A stretch of DNA of 64,000 bases from a virus. Below the pieces are notes generated by a model that did not search any database, was not told the DNA's origin, and saw only the letters and a program-made list of their open reading frames with translations. This document shows positions 8,752 to 19,468 of the stretch, piece after piece (the stretch's first letter is position 1; the number at the start of each line of letters is the position of its first letter). Where the stretch lies: positions 1-64,000 of the IMG/VR virus record IMGVR_UViG_3300009702_000021; one strand, 5' to 3'. The position numbers were made by a program, and so were the translations under genes.

Positions 8752-11037
8752 ATGCCCCCGAGCAACCTGCTTCTCGCGTCCAAGATCGTCGTGGTCGAGG
8801 AGCCGCCCAGTATCCGCAACATCTCCGGGGTGCCGACCGCCATCGCTGCCTTCTCTGGGGTCACCGAGCGGGGTCCAGTCCGGGTCCCACAGTTCATCAC
8901 GAGCTTCGAGGAGTTCGTGTCGATCTTCGGCGGGTTCATCACGGGCTCGGACCTCCCGCTTGCGATCCAGGGAGCGTTCCAGAACGGGGCTACCGCGATC
9001 TGGGTGAGTCGTGTCACGCACTACACGGACATCAACGACGGGAATTCGACGACCGCCGTGAAGGGCACCCAGTCGATCCCTGACCGTGGAGGGGCTGCGG
9101 CAGCGGCGATCCTTAACTCGAGCGCTGGGCCTTTCCAGCTCGAGCCTGGTCAGCAGCTTGACGTGAACATCGACGGAGCGGGAACGGACTCGCTCACCTT
9201 CGCGGCGACGCCGGCTGAGGCCCTCTCGGGAAATACGGAACCGTTCTCGCTCGTCAACGGTGACACGCTGGTCTACCGGACCAACGAGTCACCTGAGTCG
9301 GCCGTGCTCGGGACCCTCCGCACGATCACCTTCCTGACGGCCGACTTCGTCTCGATCGGTGCCGCGACTGCCGAGGAGGTCTCGGCAGTCATCAACCGGG
9401 ACGGGATCGGCATCAGCGCCGAGGCGACCGGAGGGACGACGGTCACCATCCGGTCGGATGCTCGTGGGTCATCTGGGACCCTCGTCATCGATGCGTCCTC
9501 GACCTCGATTGCTGCCGGGAAGCTGAACATCACCTCCGGCACGATCAGCAGTGCAGGTCCGAACAACGTTGCCCTGATCGATGCCGTTACGGCTACCGAG
9601 ATCGCGGCCCTGCTCACTGCTCTCCCACTGAGCGCTGGAACGGCAACGGAGCCGACCGCCGGCACCTTGACCCTGACTGGCGTCACCACGGGCGTCACAG
9701 GCACGGTGGTGATCGAGGCGACTACGACGGCGCTCGGAATCTTCACAGGCGCACTGCCGATCACTCAGAACGGGACCAACGCCGCGGTCACGAACACGCT
9801 GACCGTGACCGGGCGGGATCCCGGGACATGGATCACCAGCTACTCGGTGGTGATCGAGCCTCCCACTTCGGGTGACGCGGACAGGTTCAACCTCCGCATC
9901 ACGCGGAATGGGGCGACGCAGGAGTCCTGGCCGAACCTGTCGATGGATCCCGTCGACGCCCGCTACGCTGAGGCGTTCCTGAATGCCAACTCAGGACTGG
10001 TCGACGCGACGGACCTGTTCAGTGGGGCTACGTCTCCGGCCAACCTGCCCGCCCTGGGAACCTACACCGCCTGGGCCAGCCAGGACGATGGCCTCACGGG
10101 GCTGGTGGACGCTGACTTCACCGGGAGCCAGGCCGGTGGGACGGGACTGTTCGCCTTCGACCTGGTCAACAACATCACACTCCTGGTGGTGCCGGGTCGG
10201 GCAACGTCGGCAGTCCAGAACGCGATGATCCAGTACTGCGAGGTCGAGCGCGTTGGATCGTGTTTCGCGATCCTGGACCCGCCGGAGAACCTCGACGAGC
10301 AGGCCATCAAGACCTACTTCGAGAGCACGGCAGCCCTCGCTGGGCTCTCAGAGTTCGGTGCCGCCTACTGGCCCAGGGTCGAGATCCTGAACCCCAGTAC
10401 GCTGATCTTCGGTGCCGCCGCGCGCCTGGTCATTCCTCCTGCGGGACACCTGATGGGCATGTACGCCCGGACGGATGCGAGCCAGCCCGGAGGCGTCTAC
10501 CAGGCTCCGGCTGGTGTCGAGGTCGGTCGCCTGTTCGGGGTTCTCGGATTCGAGACTGATGACGTCCTTGACGAGAGCAAGCGCGACGTGGTCTTCCCGA
10601 TCCCAGTTAACCCCATCACGACGATTGCCGGGAGTCCCAGGCACGTTGACGGCGCTCGGACGCTCAAGCGCGACGGCAACTTCCCGTCCGTGGCAGAGCG
10701 CCGCGGAGTGATCTTTATCGAGCAGAGCCTCAAGGCAGGTCTCCTGTTCGCAAAGCACCGGAACAACGACCGGCGCCTGCGGATGGAGGTCAAGCGGACC
10801 ATCGAGGCGTTCCTGCTGATCCAGTTCAACGACGGAGCATTCCGTGGTGACACGCCGGCCGAGTCGTTCTTCGTGGACGTCTCTGACGCCCTAAACCCCA
10901 TCGAAGAGGTCTTCGCTGGTCGTCTCAACGTCCGCATCGGCCTCGCTACTCAGAAGCCCGCCGAGTTCATCATCCTCACGTTCACGCAGGACACGCGTGC
11001 ACTCGAGGAGCGTCTCGCCGATCAGCTGGGTAGCTAG
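8752..11037 (+). CDS. contractile tail sheath protein
   Basis: AF.GVTERGPV..P.FITSF.EF...FG, YWPRV, VYQAPAG, GARTL and FFV...IGLA..KPAEFI sheath motifs. Confidence 0.95.
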   Translation: MPPSNLLLASKIVVVEEPPSIRNISGVPTAIAAFSGVTERGPVRVPQFITSFEEFVSIFGGFITGSDLPLAIQGAFQNGATAIWVSRVTHYTDINDGNSTTAVKGTQSIPDRGGAAAAAILNSSAGPFQLEPGQQLDVNIDGAGTDSLTFAATPAEALSGNTEPFSLVNGDTLVYRTNESPESAVLGTLRTITFLTADFVSIGAATAEEVSAVINRDGIGISAEATGGTTVTIRSDARGSSGTLVIDASSTSIAAGKLNITSGTISSAGPNNVALIDAVTATEIAALLTALPLSAGTATEPTAGTLTLTGVTTGVTGTVVIEATTTALGIFTGALPITQNGTNAAVTNTLTVTGRDPGTWITSYSVVIEPPTSGDADRFNLRITRNGATQESWPNLSMDPVDARYAEAFLNANSGLVDATDLFSGATSPANLPALGTYTAWASQDDGLTGLVDADFTGSQAGGTGLFAFDLVNNITLLVVPGRATSAVQNAMIQYCEVERVGSCFAILDPPENLDEQAIKTYFESTAALAGLSEFGAAYWPRVEILNPSTLIFGAAARLVIPPAGHLMGMYARTDASQPGGVYQAPAGVEVGRLFGVLGFETDDVLDESKRDVVFPIPVNPITTIAGSPRHVDGARTLKRDGNFPSVAERRGVIFIEQSLKAGLLFAKHRNNDRRLRMEVKRTIEAFLLIQFNDGAFRGDTPAESFFVDVSDALNPIEEVFAGRLNVRIGLATQKPAEFIILTFTQDTRALEERLADQLGS

Positions 11038-11057
11038 TCCATCAAAGGAGTACAGAC

Positions 11058-11528
11058 ATGGCCGCAATCGAAGGACTCGTTCGCAGCTTCTACAAGAAGT
11101 TCAAGTTCAGGGTCGAGATCCAGGGCGTGATCTGGGCCGGATTCCAGACCTGTGGAGACATCGCCATCGAGGTCGCCACGATCGAGCACCACGAAGGTGG
11201 AAGCCTGGTCCCGAACAAGAGCCCAGGTCGCGTTACCGTGCCGGACGTCGAGCTGACGCGCGGAGGGACCGACGACCTGGACCTCTACGCCTGGATGCAG
11301 CAGGTCGTGGCGGCTGGTGGGATCCTGGTGGATCCGAGTCAGAAGCGCAGCGTCGACATCGTCCAGCAGGACCGTGCCGGCGGCGAGCTGCGCCGTTGGA
11401 CACTCATCAACGCCTACCCCGTCCGCTGGAAGGCTGGCGACTGGGACAACGGTGCTGACGAGAACGTCATCGAGTCGATCACACTCGCCTATGACTACCC
11501 GACCATCGGGGGTGACTCGACGCCGTAG
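11058..11528 (+). CDS. tail tube protein, T4 gp19-like
   Basis: FKFRVEI, K.PGR..., L.RG, RW.L.NAYP..W and IESITLAY motifs. Confidence 0.92.
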   Translation: MAAIEGLVRSFYKKFKFRVEIQGVIWAGFQTCGDIAIEVATIEHHEGGSLVPNKSPGRVTVPDVELTRGGTDDLDLYAWMQQVVAAGGILVDPSQKRSVDIVQQDRAGGELRRWTLINAYPVRWKAGDWDNGADENVIESITLAYDYPTIGGDSTP

Positions 11529-11594
11529 CCGCAGCCCGTAGGCTTGCGGTACCGCAACTGACCCGCTAGGACTGAACACAGTACAGGAGACTAC

Positions 11595-12050
11595 ATGACC
11601 CAGACTCTGAATCAGGTGAGCAAGGACACCCTCAAGGGCGGACTGCTCCACGCCATCGTTGCGGACCTTCGCAACAAGGAAGACAACATCGCGTTCACCG
11701 CAGCGACACCCGCGGCTCCGGCCGGAGCGACCGAGCTGACGCTGACGCTTGAGGTGCGCGATGTCGACAACGACAAGGTCCGTGTCAGCGACGAGGACAC
11801 GCCGGACAAGGCCGCCATCCGTGATGTCCAGGTGGACATCACTGGCGGCACCGCGACCGGCAAGCAGTTGTTCCCCGACGGTAACGGTGCTGCGGCTGCG
11901 GTCGATGCCTCGGCCATCGTTCGCTTCAAGAACGGCAAGGCCCGCGTCAAGGTTCTCGTAGGCAGCACCGGCACCGTGATCCTGGGTCTGACCGACTCAG
12001 CCGCGACCGGCCTGACCGTCACCAGTACCTCAACGGTGACATTCAGCTAG
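11595..12050 (+). CDS. Ig-like tail-associated protein
   Basis: SD AGGAG; beta-rich T/A/V sequence. Confidence 0.5.
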   Translation: MTQTLNQVSKDTLKGGLLHAIVADLRNKEDNIAFTAATPAAPAGATELTLTLEVRDVDNDKVRVSDEDTPDKAAIRDVQVDITGGTATGKQLFPDGNGAAAAVDASAIVRFKNGKARVKVLVGSTGTVILGLTDSAATGLTVTSTSTVTFS

Positions 12051-12061
12051 CCCTCTTCCGG

Positions 12062-12093
12062 GGCCGGACTGGGTCGCCTCGCCCAGTCCGGCC
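12062..12093. terminator. 12-bp stem hairpin abutting a palindrome copy
   Basis: GGCCGGACTGGG/CCCAGTCCGGCC after the stop of 11595..12050. Confidence 0.55.
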
Positions 12094-12175
12094 TTGCGGT
12101 ACCGCAAGGGTTGAGAGAACGGGGCCTGCCAAGTTAGAGCTGATTAGAGAAACCGAAACCGAAAGAGGGACGCAG

Positions 12176-12928
12176 ATGAGCGTTCGCGTTGAGTGCCCGA
12201 GCGGGTTGACCGTTGTCCTGAGGCGCTTCAGGGTCCGCGATAAGAACCTCCTAGCCAACAAGAAGGTCCACCGCCAGGGAGCCACCACGGCGCTCCTGAA
12301 GGCGATCACTGAGTCCGTTGAGGACCCGGGACCTTACGCTCAGAATGAGTCTGGCCTGGTTGACTGGGACAGCGTCATCCAGGGAGACCGCACCGTGGCT
12401 CTGGTCAAGAACCGGATCGCTACCTGGGGCGACACCATGACTGCCCAGCGTCAGTGCAAGAACAACCGCTGTGGTGAATCGGTCAAGATGGAGTACGCCC
12501 TCAGCGACCTGGCCGTCCGCCCACTCCCGGAGACCTCCAGGCCACACGTCCAGGACCCGTCCAGGCCGCTCCAGTGCAAGCTACCGAGCGGAGTCGTCGT
12601 CTCATTCAAGCTCACCCGGGGTAAGGACGAGAAGGCGATGCGGAAGCTGAAGAAGCAGCGTTCGGACGACCTCGCGACGGCCTTCCTACAGTACAGGATC
12701 GTCGAGGTCGCGGGAGTCAACCCGTCTGACCTCAGGAGCTTCCTCTCGGACCTCGATGGTAGGGACGACACCGCACTCCAGGAAGCCTTCGATGAGGCTG
12801 ACTGCGGGATCGACACGAAGGTGGTCTTCGAGTGTGAGGAGTGTGGATACGAGTGGAACGAGGACGTGGAGCTGACTGAGGATTTTTTGTTCCCCAGTTC
12901 GACCGGGAAGACTTCGACAACGAGGTAA
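12176..12928 (+). CDS. tail assembly chaperone (G form), T4 gp26-like with CxxC motifs
   Basis: Lies between tube and tape measure; C-terminal CEECG; ends just past a slippery site. Confidence 0.75.
   Translation: MSVRVECPSGLTVVLRRFRVRDKNLLANKKVHRQGATTALLKAITESVEDPGPYAQNESGLVDWDSVIQGDRTVALVKNRIATWGDTMTAQRQCKNNRCGESVKMEYALSDLAVRPLPETSRPHVQDPSRPLQCKLPSGVVVSFKLTRGKDEKAMRKLKKQRSDDLATAFLQYRIVEVAGVNPSDLRSFLSDLDGRDDTALQEAFDEADCGIDTKVVFECEECGYEWNEDVELTEDFLFPSSTGKTSTTR
12883..12889 (+). other. programmed -1 frameshift slippery site T TTT TTG
   Basis: X XXY YYZ heptamer in frame (GAT TTT TTG); the -1 frame stays open to TAG at 13090-13092. Confidence 0.75.
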
Positions 12929-13092
12929 TGGCTCTCCTGTCGGCCCTGCCGGATCGCGCTCACTTCCGACTAGCTGGCTACGAGGACCTGCTCTCGATTC
13001 CCGTGTCGCTGTGTGACAAGATGCTGGAGCAGCTGGTCGAATGGCGCGGACAAGAGGACGCGGCATTCGCGAAGATGAAGAAGGGCAAGTAG
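12889..13092 (+). CDS. tail assembly chaperone GT extension (-1 frame)
   Basis: Reads VPQFDREDFDNEVMALL...KMKKGK*; standard G/GT arrangement before the tape measure gene. Confidence 0.7.
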   Translation, partial: VPQFDREDFDNEVMALLSALPDRAHFRLAGYEDLLSIPVSLCDKMLEQLVEWRGQEDAAFAKMKKGK

Positions 13093-13168
13093 TCGCCTCA
13101 GTGGACCCTAACAACCCAGGTTGCGAAGCAGTCATCACGGCAAGCACCGTGGGTAGGGAGGAGGTGTC

Positions 13169-15779
13169 ATGGCCCTGAATAATCTGGGCCTCATACCTCG
13201 GAATCGTCTTCACTGCATCTGACCTAGCGTCGAGCGTCATCCAGGGCCTCGGGAGGAACTTTCTCGGGCTCGACGACCAGGCGACCAGGTTGGCCGACAA
13301 GATGTCGAAGAAGCTGGGCATCAGCACGGATGCCCTCACGGCATCGATGAAGGGGCTCGCCTCCGGCCTTGCAATCGCCGCCTCAGGCATGGTCGGGCTC
13401 AGTGCGGCATTCGCTGCCGCGGACCCGGCAGGCGAGTTCGAGTTTAAGCTCGCTGGTATCCAGGCGATCCTCGGCGCTACGTCTAAAGAGATGCGGAACC
13501 TCGAGAGCGCCGCCCTCAAGGCCGGTATCGCTACCCAGTTCAGCCCACTCGAGGCCGCGAAGGGCCTCCAGATCCTGGCCCAGGCAGGCTTTGACGCCAA
13601 GGGATCGATCGAGAAGCTGAACCCTGTCCTCGACCTCGCCGCCGCTTCCCTGGGCCAGCTAGGGCTCCAGGAGTCTGGCGGGCTCGCAGTAGCGTCCATC
13701 AAGGCATTCGGGGACAAGCTGAGCGGCACTACAGAAGCGATGGACCTCTTGGTCAGGGCGACTACACGAAGCTCACTCCAGTTCCGCGAGCTTCCACTCG
13801 CGCTCGGTATCGCTACCCGCGGAGCCAAGCCGTTCAACGCATCGATGCAGGACACGCTAATCGCCCTCGGTGAGGTCCGAAACGTCATCCCCACCATCGA
13901 ACGCGGTGCAACTGCGGTGGCAGTCACGATGGAGCGCCTCGCTACCCCGACCACCAAGGCGTCTAAGGAGATGGAGCGACTGAAGCTCAAGGTCGCCGAT
14001 GCACAGGGCAAGTTCCGCCCCTTCCTGGACATCATTTCCGAACTTGCATTCAAACTCAAGGACATGAGCCAGCAGCAGCGCGCCGCGTCGCTCCAGATCC
14101 TGTTCGGTCGTCGTGCTGGGGCCGGAGCGATCGTTTTGCTGGACCAGATCACCAAGCGTGCTGAGATGGCCGGCGAAGGCATGGCTGGGTTCAGTAAGGC
14201 CATCGCCCTAATGCGCGGTGAGATGGCGAAGGCGTCCATCACCGCCAAGAGTTTCCGAGATAAACTGCTCGATACCTTCAAGGGCCAGAAGATCCTCCTG
14301 CGCGGCACCGTGGAGACTATCGCTATTGCTATCGGGAAGCCGTTCACGAAGGTCCTCAAGCCGGTCGTGCTTGGGATCACGCAGTCACTGAACTTCTTGC
14401 TGCGGCTATTCCTCGGGATCAATCCCGCAGTGAAGAAGTTCTTCGCTACCTTCTTCCTCGCTGCATCGGCTACTGCCGTAGTGGTCGGGCTGTTTCTGGC
14501 GATCTCAGCGCTCGCTGGTCTTATCGCCGGAACGCTTGCTACCACTATCGGAGGACTCCTGATCGCCTTCGGTCAGTTCCTGCTGATGGTCGGGTTGGTA
14601 GTAGGCGCCCTGTTTGCTCTCGAGGCTGCTTGGGACAACAACGTAGCCGGGATCAAGAGCGCATTCCTGCCTATCATCGAGAAGGTCATTCTCGCGTTCA
14701 AGGGCCTCGTGGCCCTAGTTACGAAGGGAGAGATTACTGGGATCCTGGCAGACCAGCTCTCAAAGCCAGAGAACAGTGGTCTGCTCGACTTCCTAGAAGG
14801 ATTCACCAGGATCTTCGCCGTCGTCAAGGCAATCGCGATGGGGATCTTTGGAGCCTTCCGAGACGCCTTTGACCGGATCGCAGTACGGTCAGCTCCGGTC
14901 TTTTTTCAACTCCGCAAGAGTTTGTCTCTGATCGGCAGCATTTTCCTCAAGCTCGGCAAGATCATCGGGAAGGTATTCGGGATCCAGATGACTGAGGACG
15001 GGATCGACTCCATCACCACGCTCGCCAACGTGATCACCAAGGTCTTGATCGAGCCATTCGTGTTCGGGCTAGAGATACTCATTGACCTGTTCTCGGCGCT
15101 GATAGCCATCATCAACGTCGTCCTAACGGTGGTCGACACGATCGCAGCTCCGTTTGTGTCGATTGCTGAGGTGATCGGTGGGGTATTCGAGACCGTCTTC
15201 GGGATCCTCACGCTCAACTTCAACACCCTATTCCAGGGGATCACGCGGATCATCAACGCCGTCGTAGGTATGGTCAACGCGACGGTCAGTGCACTCCAGA
15301 AGGTGGCCTTCGCCGCAGCCCCTACTCAGGCTGTGGCTAACTCAGCAGTGCAGTCGCTCGAGAAGCTGAAACTACAGCAGTTTCGTCCTGAACAGGTAGC
15401 CTTTGCATTCGGGGCAGACAAGACAGCTGCAAGCCTACGCCAGGAACGACTGAAGGCTGAGGCCGGTCCGCCGAAGCGTGCCACACTCAAGGCTTCACCG
15501 ACTGCGCCCCCAGATTCGACGGGAACGAACGCGAGTGCGGTACCGCAAAGTGTCCCGGCATCGACCCGCGGTGGAGGGTCAGCACTCAATAGAGTGGACA
15601 CCGCTAGGCTAATCGAGGCTGCTATCGCTGCCGGAGTGGTTTCTGAGCGCGGACGTCCCATCATCGTTGAGGGTGCAGTCACGCTAGATGGACGGCGCAT
15701 GGGCACCATGCGGGCTCAGCAGGAGCGCAACGCGCGGGCCAGACGTGGAGCGTTCAACCCCAGCTTGAGGGATGAGTAG
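13169..15779 (+). CDS. tape measure protein (TP901-like core); 5' end interrupted by a 7-nt insert at 13193-13199
   Basis: Strong SD GGAGGAGG before ATG 13169; TQFSP.EAA.GL..LAQAG core and hydrophobic amphipathic repeats; the long frame is +1 relative to the ATG. Confidence 0.9.
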
Positions 15780-16459
15780 TGGACCCAACCGCAGCTGCAT
15801 TCAACATCGGGCGAAAGTCAGCCGGATCTCCCGACTTCACAGACTCCCTCTCGGTCCGTCCACAACGTGGGTTCATCAGGAACCTAGACAACGGGCGTAG
15901 GCAACAGTTCCTGTTCAATCCCCAGCAGTTCGACGAGACCTATGAGGCTGTCTATGCACGTAAGGGTGCGCCAGGACTCAGCCATGAACGGTTGCAGTAC
16001 CTGGGTAACAAGAACGCCAAGATCCCACTCGACCTGATCTACGACGAGTACTTCCTCCGGCAGGGATTCCTCGACCACTCGTCTGTTGGTGGACTGTCTC
16101 GCAGGCTAGTCCAGGACACCAACACATCGACGCGCGTCTCAGCGAATACTGGAGTCGATGCAGTCAAACGGTTCTTCCTCGAGGCGATCTATCCCCGGCG
16201 GAGCCAGCGCCTGATCACGGCGAGTCCCCCAGCGCTGCTGTTCATCTGGCCTGGTGAAATCTCGATGCGGGTCCGCATCACCAAGCTGCGTTTCCGCCAC
16301 AAGATGTTCGAGGTGGGGACTAGTTTTACCCGCGTCATGGTCGTCTCGGTCACACTTGAGGAGGACGTCCAGGAACGCATCTTCAGCGACGCAGTCTTCG
16401 TTTACGGGACGCAGCGTCCATGGGCCACTAGTGACCGACCGCGCCGAAAGGGTTCGTAG
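15779..16459 (+). CDS. tail tube initiator / CIS tube-like protein
   Basis: FLFNP..., PG.S...LQY and PP.LLFIW motifs; follows the tape measure gene. Confidence 0.75.
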   Translation: MDPTAAAFNIGRKSAGSPDFTDSLSVRPQRGFIRNLDNGRRQQFLFNPQQFDETYEAVYARKGAPGLSHERLQYLGNKNAKIPLDLIYDEYFLRQGFLDHSSVGGLSRRLVQDTNTSTRVSANTGVDAVKRFFLEAIYPRRSQRLITASPPALLFIWPGEISMRVRITKLRFRHKMFEVGTSFTRVMVVSVTLEEDVQERIFSDAVFVYGTQRPWATSDRPRRKGS

Positions 16460-16854
16460 TGCCTGCTGTCCGGCTTAGTCGCTACGAGTTCGCCCCTGTA
16501 GAAGTCGACGCCTGTGGGCGCATGTTCCTTGACGTCCCGGACCCGATCGCGCGCGTAGTTCGCTCTACCGACATCCGCGGCATAGCTGGTGAGACTGATT
16601 CCCCGTTCACGCTTTCCTGGAAGGCCTACCGGGAGCTGTTGGATCGAGAGCAGGACATCCGACCGACAGGATTCTGGGACGTGATCGCCCAGGTGAACAA
16701 CCTGATCGACGCCGTTCCGGTCCTTGAGTCCGGCACGGTCAACATCGAGCCAGGCACGGTCGTGCGGATCCCGAACATCGAGGCCCTCATGGGCGAGATC
16801 CGCGTACCTCCCCTGTTCTTCGTCCTGGCTGACTCCGGGACGGTTATCCCATGA
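16459..16854 (+). CDS. baseplate wedge protein, gpX/LysM-like (T4 gp53-like)
   Basis: SRY start and WDVIA.VN...PG..VRIP motif. Confidence 0.7.
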   Translation: MPAVRLSRYEFAPVEVDACGRMFLDVPDPIARVVRSTDIRGIAGETDSPFTLSWKAYRELLDREQDIRPTGFWDVIAQVNNLIDAVPVLESGTVNIEPGTVVRIPNIEALMGEIRVPPLFFVLADSGTVIP

Positions 16855-18116
16855 CGGCACGCGACACGTCATCGCCTGGTTTCGTCATCACGGTCATCGC
16901 CGCGAATCCCGAACTGCGGATCGATGGCAAGACGGATCCGACTACGGTGGGCAAGATCCTCGAGAACATGGATGACGTCAATAAGAGGATTCTGTCGTTT
17001 ACCTACGAAGATGATGAGAAGGCCCACGATGTCCTGAAACTCAAGGTCGACAACCAAGACATGTACTTCATGGAGCATCCAGCCTGGATAAAGGGGAACC
17101 TCGTCCGTTTCTTCTTCGGGTACCCAGGAAGGATCTTCGGTCCGAAATACGTGGTCATCGACTCAGTTCAGGGGTTCCTTGAGCTTGACATCACCTGCGT
17201 AGAAGACGCTGCCCTCGCGAACATTTCCTACGTCCGTAAGTTTGAGAACTTCTCCATCGAAGACGTGATCCGTCGACTGATCGTCGATCGCTCATTCGGA
17301 CCTAACATCACGGCGTATTCGATTCCGAAGGACGACGCGCGCCTCCAGGAAAAGAAGACGTTCAGCCAGTCAAGGCAGTCCGACTGGCAGTTCCTCCAGC
17401 GTCTAGCCGAGCCACTGGGCTATGAGGTCTACATCGAGCACGAGATCCTTTTCTTTAAGCCCCGTGACTTCTCTGCAAGGCCAGACCGGAGCTACGAGTA
17501 CTGGTACGGGATCGGTGATCTGCTCAGCTTCGACATCAAGGAGTGGCGCGCTGCCGATCGTCCGGCTGAGACAGTCGTCGTTGGACGAAACCCGATCGAG
17601 CGCAAGACGATCTCCGCAACTGGTTCAAACACCAAGACCACCCGAGACACCCTCGGTAACCAGAACAGCGTCTCCATCAGAGCAGATCGTGCTGGTGCGC
17701 TCCAACGCCGACCCGCGGGTAAGACGGTCCACACCACGCCAGCTAAGACTCAGGGCGAGGCTAAGACTGAGGCCGATTCGCGGTACCGCAAACAGGAGCA
17801 GAAGGAGGTCGAGGCATCAGCTCGGATCATCGGAGACCCAGAGCTGAGGGCCAAGTCGATCATCAAGATCGTCGGGATCAGCCGGCAGCTATCTGGTCTC
17901 TACTACGTCAAGAAGCACGTCCACACGATCGACCGCTCAAACGGCTACACCGGGGACCTCTCACTGCTCCGTAATGCCGTCACGGCCATACCCACTACGA
18001 CGCCTCCGACTACGGACCCGACTAAGGCCACTGAGAACAAGAAGGATCCAGCAAAGACTAAGGAATTAGTCATCAGGGCCATCAAGTCTGGAAAGATAGT
18101 CCAGCAGCGTCAGTAG
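16851..18116 (+). CDS. baseplate hub / late control D protein
   Basis: QSDWQFL.RLA...GY, GDP.LRA and SG.YYV...H motifs. Confidence 0.85.
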   Translation: MTARDTSSPGFVITVIAANPELRIDGKTDPTTVGKILENMDDVNKRILSFTYEDDEKAHDVLKLKVDNQDMYFMEHPAWIKGNLVRFFFGYPGRIFGPKYVVIDSVQGFLELDITCVEDAALANISYVRKFENFSIEDVIRRLIVDRSFGPNITAYSIPKDDARLQEKKTFSQSRQSDWQFLQRLAEPLGYEVYIEHEILFFKPRDFSARPDRSYEYWYGIGDLLSFDIKEWRAADRPAETVVVGRNPIERKTISATGSNTKTTRDTLGNQNSVSIRADRAGALQRRPAGKTVHTTPAKTQGEAKTEADSRYRKQEQKEVEASARIIGDPELRAKSIIKIVGISRQLSGLYYVKKHVHTIDRSNGYTGDLSLLRNAVTAIPTTTPPTTDPTKATENKKDPAKTKELVIRAIKSGKIVQQRQ

Positions 18117-18249
18117 CAGCCCAGGAGGCCGTGAGAGAGCCCCGTGGTTCGTCTCAAATCCAAATCAGGTGTCCTAGGACCTATATCGGATCCATGACGA
18201 CTACAGGGCCTCAGAAGGCGTCAGGGTTGCGGTACCGCAAGGTCGAGAC

Positions 18250-19431
18250 ATGAGCAACACAGCAACGGACAAACACACCCAGGAACGCGACACCCGGGGG
18301 GCACGCTACGACCATATGTGGCTAGGCGAGGTAGTAGCGAACGACGACCCACTCAAGCTCGGTCGGGTCCAGGTCTTCGTAGACGGGATCCATGAGCCTT
18401 CGAGTAACTGGGCCTTCCCGATCGGGTTCATGCACGGGGTGAAGGAGGGCATCTGGGCTGTTCCACGGGTAGGTGCCCAGGTAGTCGTCTTCCTGAACCA
18501 GGGTGACGTCGACCACCCCTACTACATGCCTGGCCCGTTCGGGGCCCCGGGCGGAGCCACTGACGTACCGGACCAGGTTCCGACCGGAGACGTTGATCAC
18601 TGGGTGGTCCGGTTCGCCCAATGGCACGTCGTCATCAACGGCCGGGACTCGGACGCCAAGATGACCGTCAAGGACGAGGTCTCTGGCACTACGCTCGAGA
18701 TCGACCGGATCAACGGTCCAGGCGACTTCCTCCAGGATGTCAGGGGCAGTGAGACGGTCAAGGTAAATCTCGACCGTGACGTCACGGTCGAGCAGGGCAA
18801 CGAGACTCACACGGTGGCCCTAGGAAACCGGACCAAGCAGGTCACGGTCGGGAACGAAGTCGAGACCATCGGCGGAAACAAGACCAAGACCGTCACGGGC
18901 GGCGAAGTCGACACGATCAACGGCGCAGCAGGAAAGGTTGAGACCGTCACGGGCGTAGCCGGATCCACGGAGACCATCCCAGCCGGACCCAAGACGGTTA
19001 CAGCCGGGCTAGCAGTAAACGTGACTGCTGGTGCGGCGATGACACTCACGGCTGGTGGGCTCTTGTCGATGATCGGCTCCGGGGTCTCGATGAACAGCGG
19101 AGGCGGACCGACTACGGTCGTCAGCGGAGGACTGGTGACCAAGCAGTTCCTAGGCGCGGTACAGGAGACGATCACCGGGATACTGACACAGACCCTGAAC
19201 GGTGCTGCAACCATCAACGCCGCCGGACTCTACGCAGTGATCGGGGCCTCTATCCAGCTCGGGATCACGGCAGCGCTCAAGAGCCTAGTTACCCAAGACG
19301 TTTTCGCCCAGTGGGGAAACCTCCATACTCACGGAGGAGGATCCGTTCCTGACCAGAAGGTCGTTCCCTCTGCAACGGGCCCAGACGTCGACATCAACCT
19401 CGTGACTACACAGAACGTGACTGCGAGCTAG
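18250..19431 (+). CDS. baseplate spike (gpV / gp5 / VgrG-like)
   Basis: DP..LGRV.V and VP.VG..V.V.F..GD..P.Y OB fold; VxGxxTxT beta-helix repeats; HTH tip motif. Confidence 0.9.
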   Translation: MSNTATDKHTQERDTRGARYDHMWLGEVVANDDPLKLGRVQVFVDGIHEPSSNWAFPIGFMHGVKEGIWAVPRVGAQVVVFLNQGDVDHPYYMPGPFGAPGGATDVPDQVPTGDVDHWVVRFAQWHVVINGRDSDAKMTVKDEVSGTTLEIDRINGPGDFLQDVRGSETVKVNLDRDVTVEQGNETHTVALGNRTKQVTVGNEVETIGGNKTKTVTGGEVDTINGAAGKVETVTGVAGSTETIPAGPKTVTAGLAVNVTAGAAMTLTAGGLLSMIGSGVSMNSGGGPTTVVSGGLVTKQFLGAVQETITGILTQTLNGAATINAAGLYAVIGASIQLGITAALKSLVTQDVFAQWGNLHTHGGGSVPDQKVVPSATGPDVDINLVTTQNVTAS

Positions 19432-19468
19432 GTGAGGATCAGATACTATGCCCACCAAGGAGGCCTAA

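Noticed and set aside
12883-12889. Tail chaperone -1 frameshift as a novelty
   Set aside because: Well-established feature of long-tailed phages; listed as a feature only
12686-14545. Long minus-strand ORFs (also 47185-48567, 54666-56351, 44177-45109)
   Set aside because: Antisense shadows of GC3-biased + strand genes, with no motifs or SD
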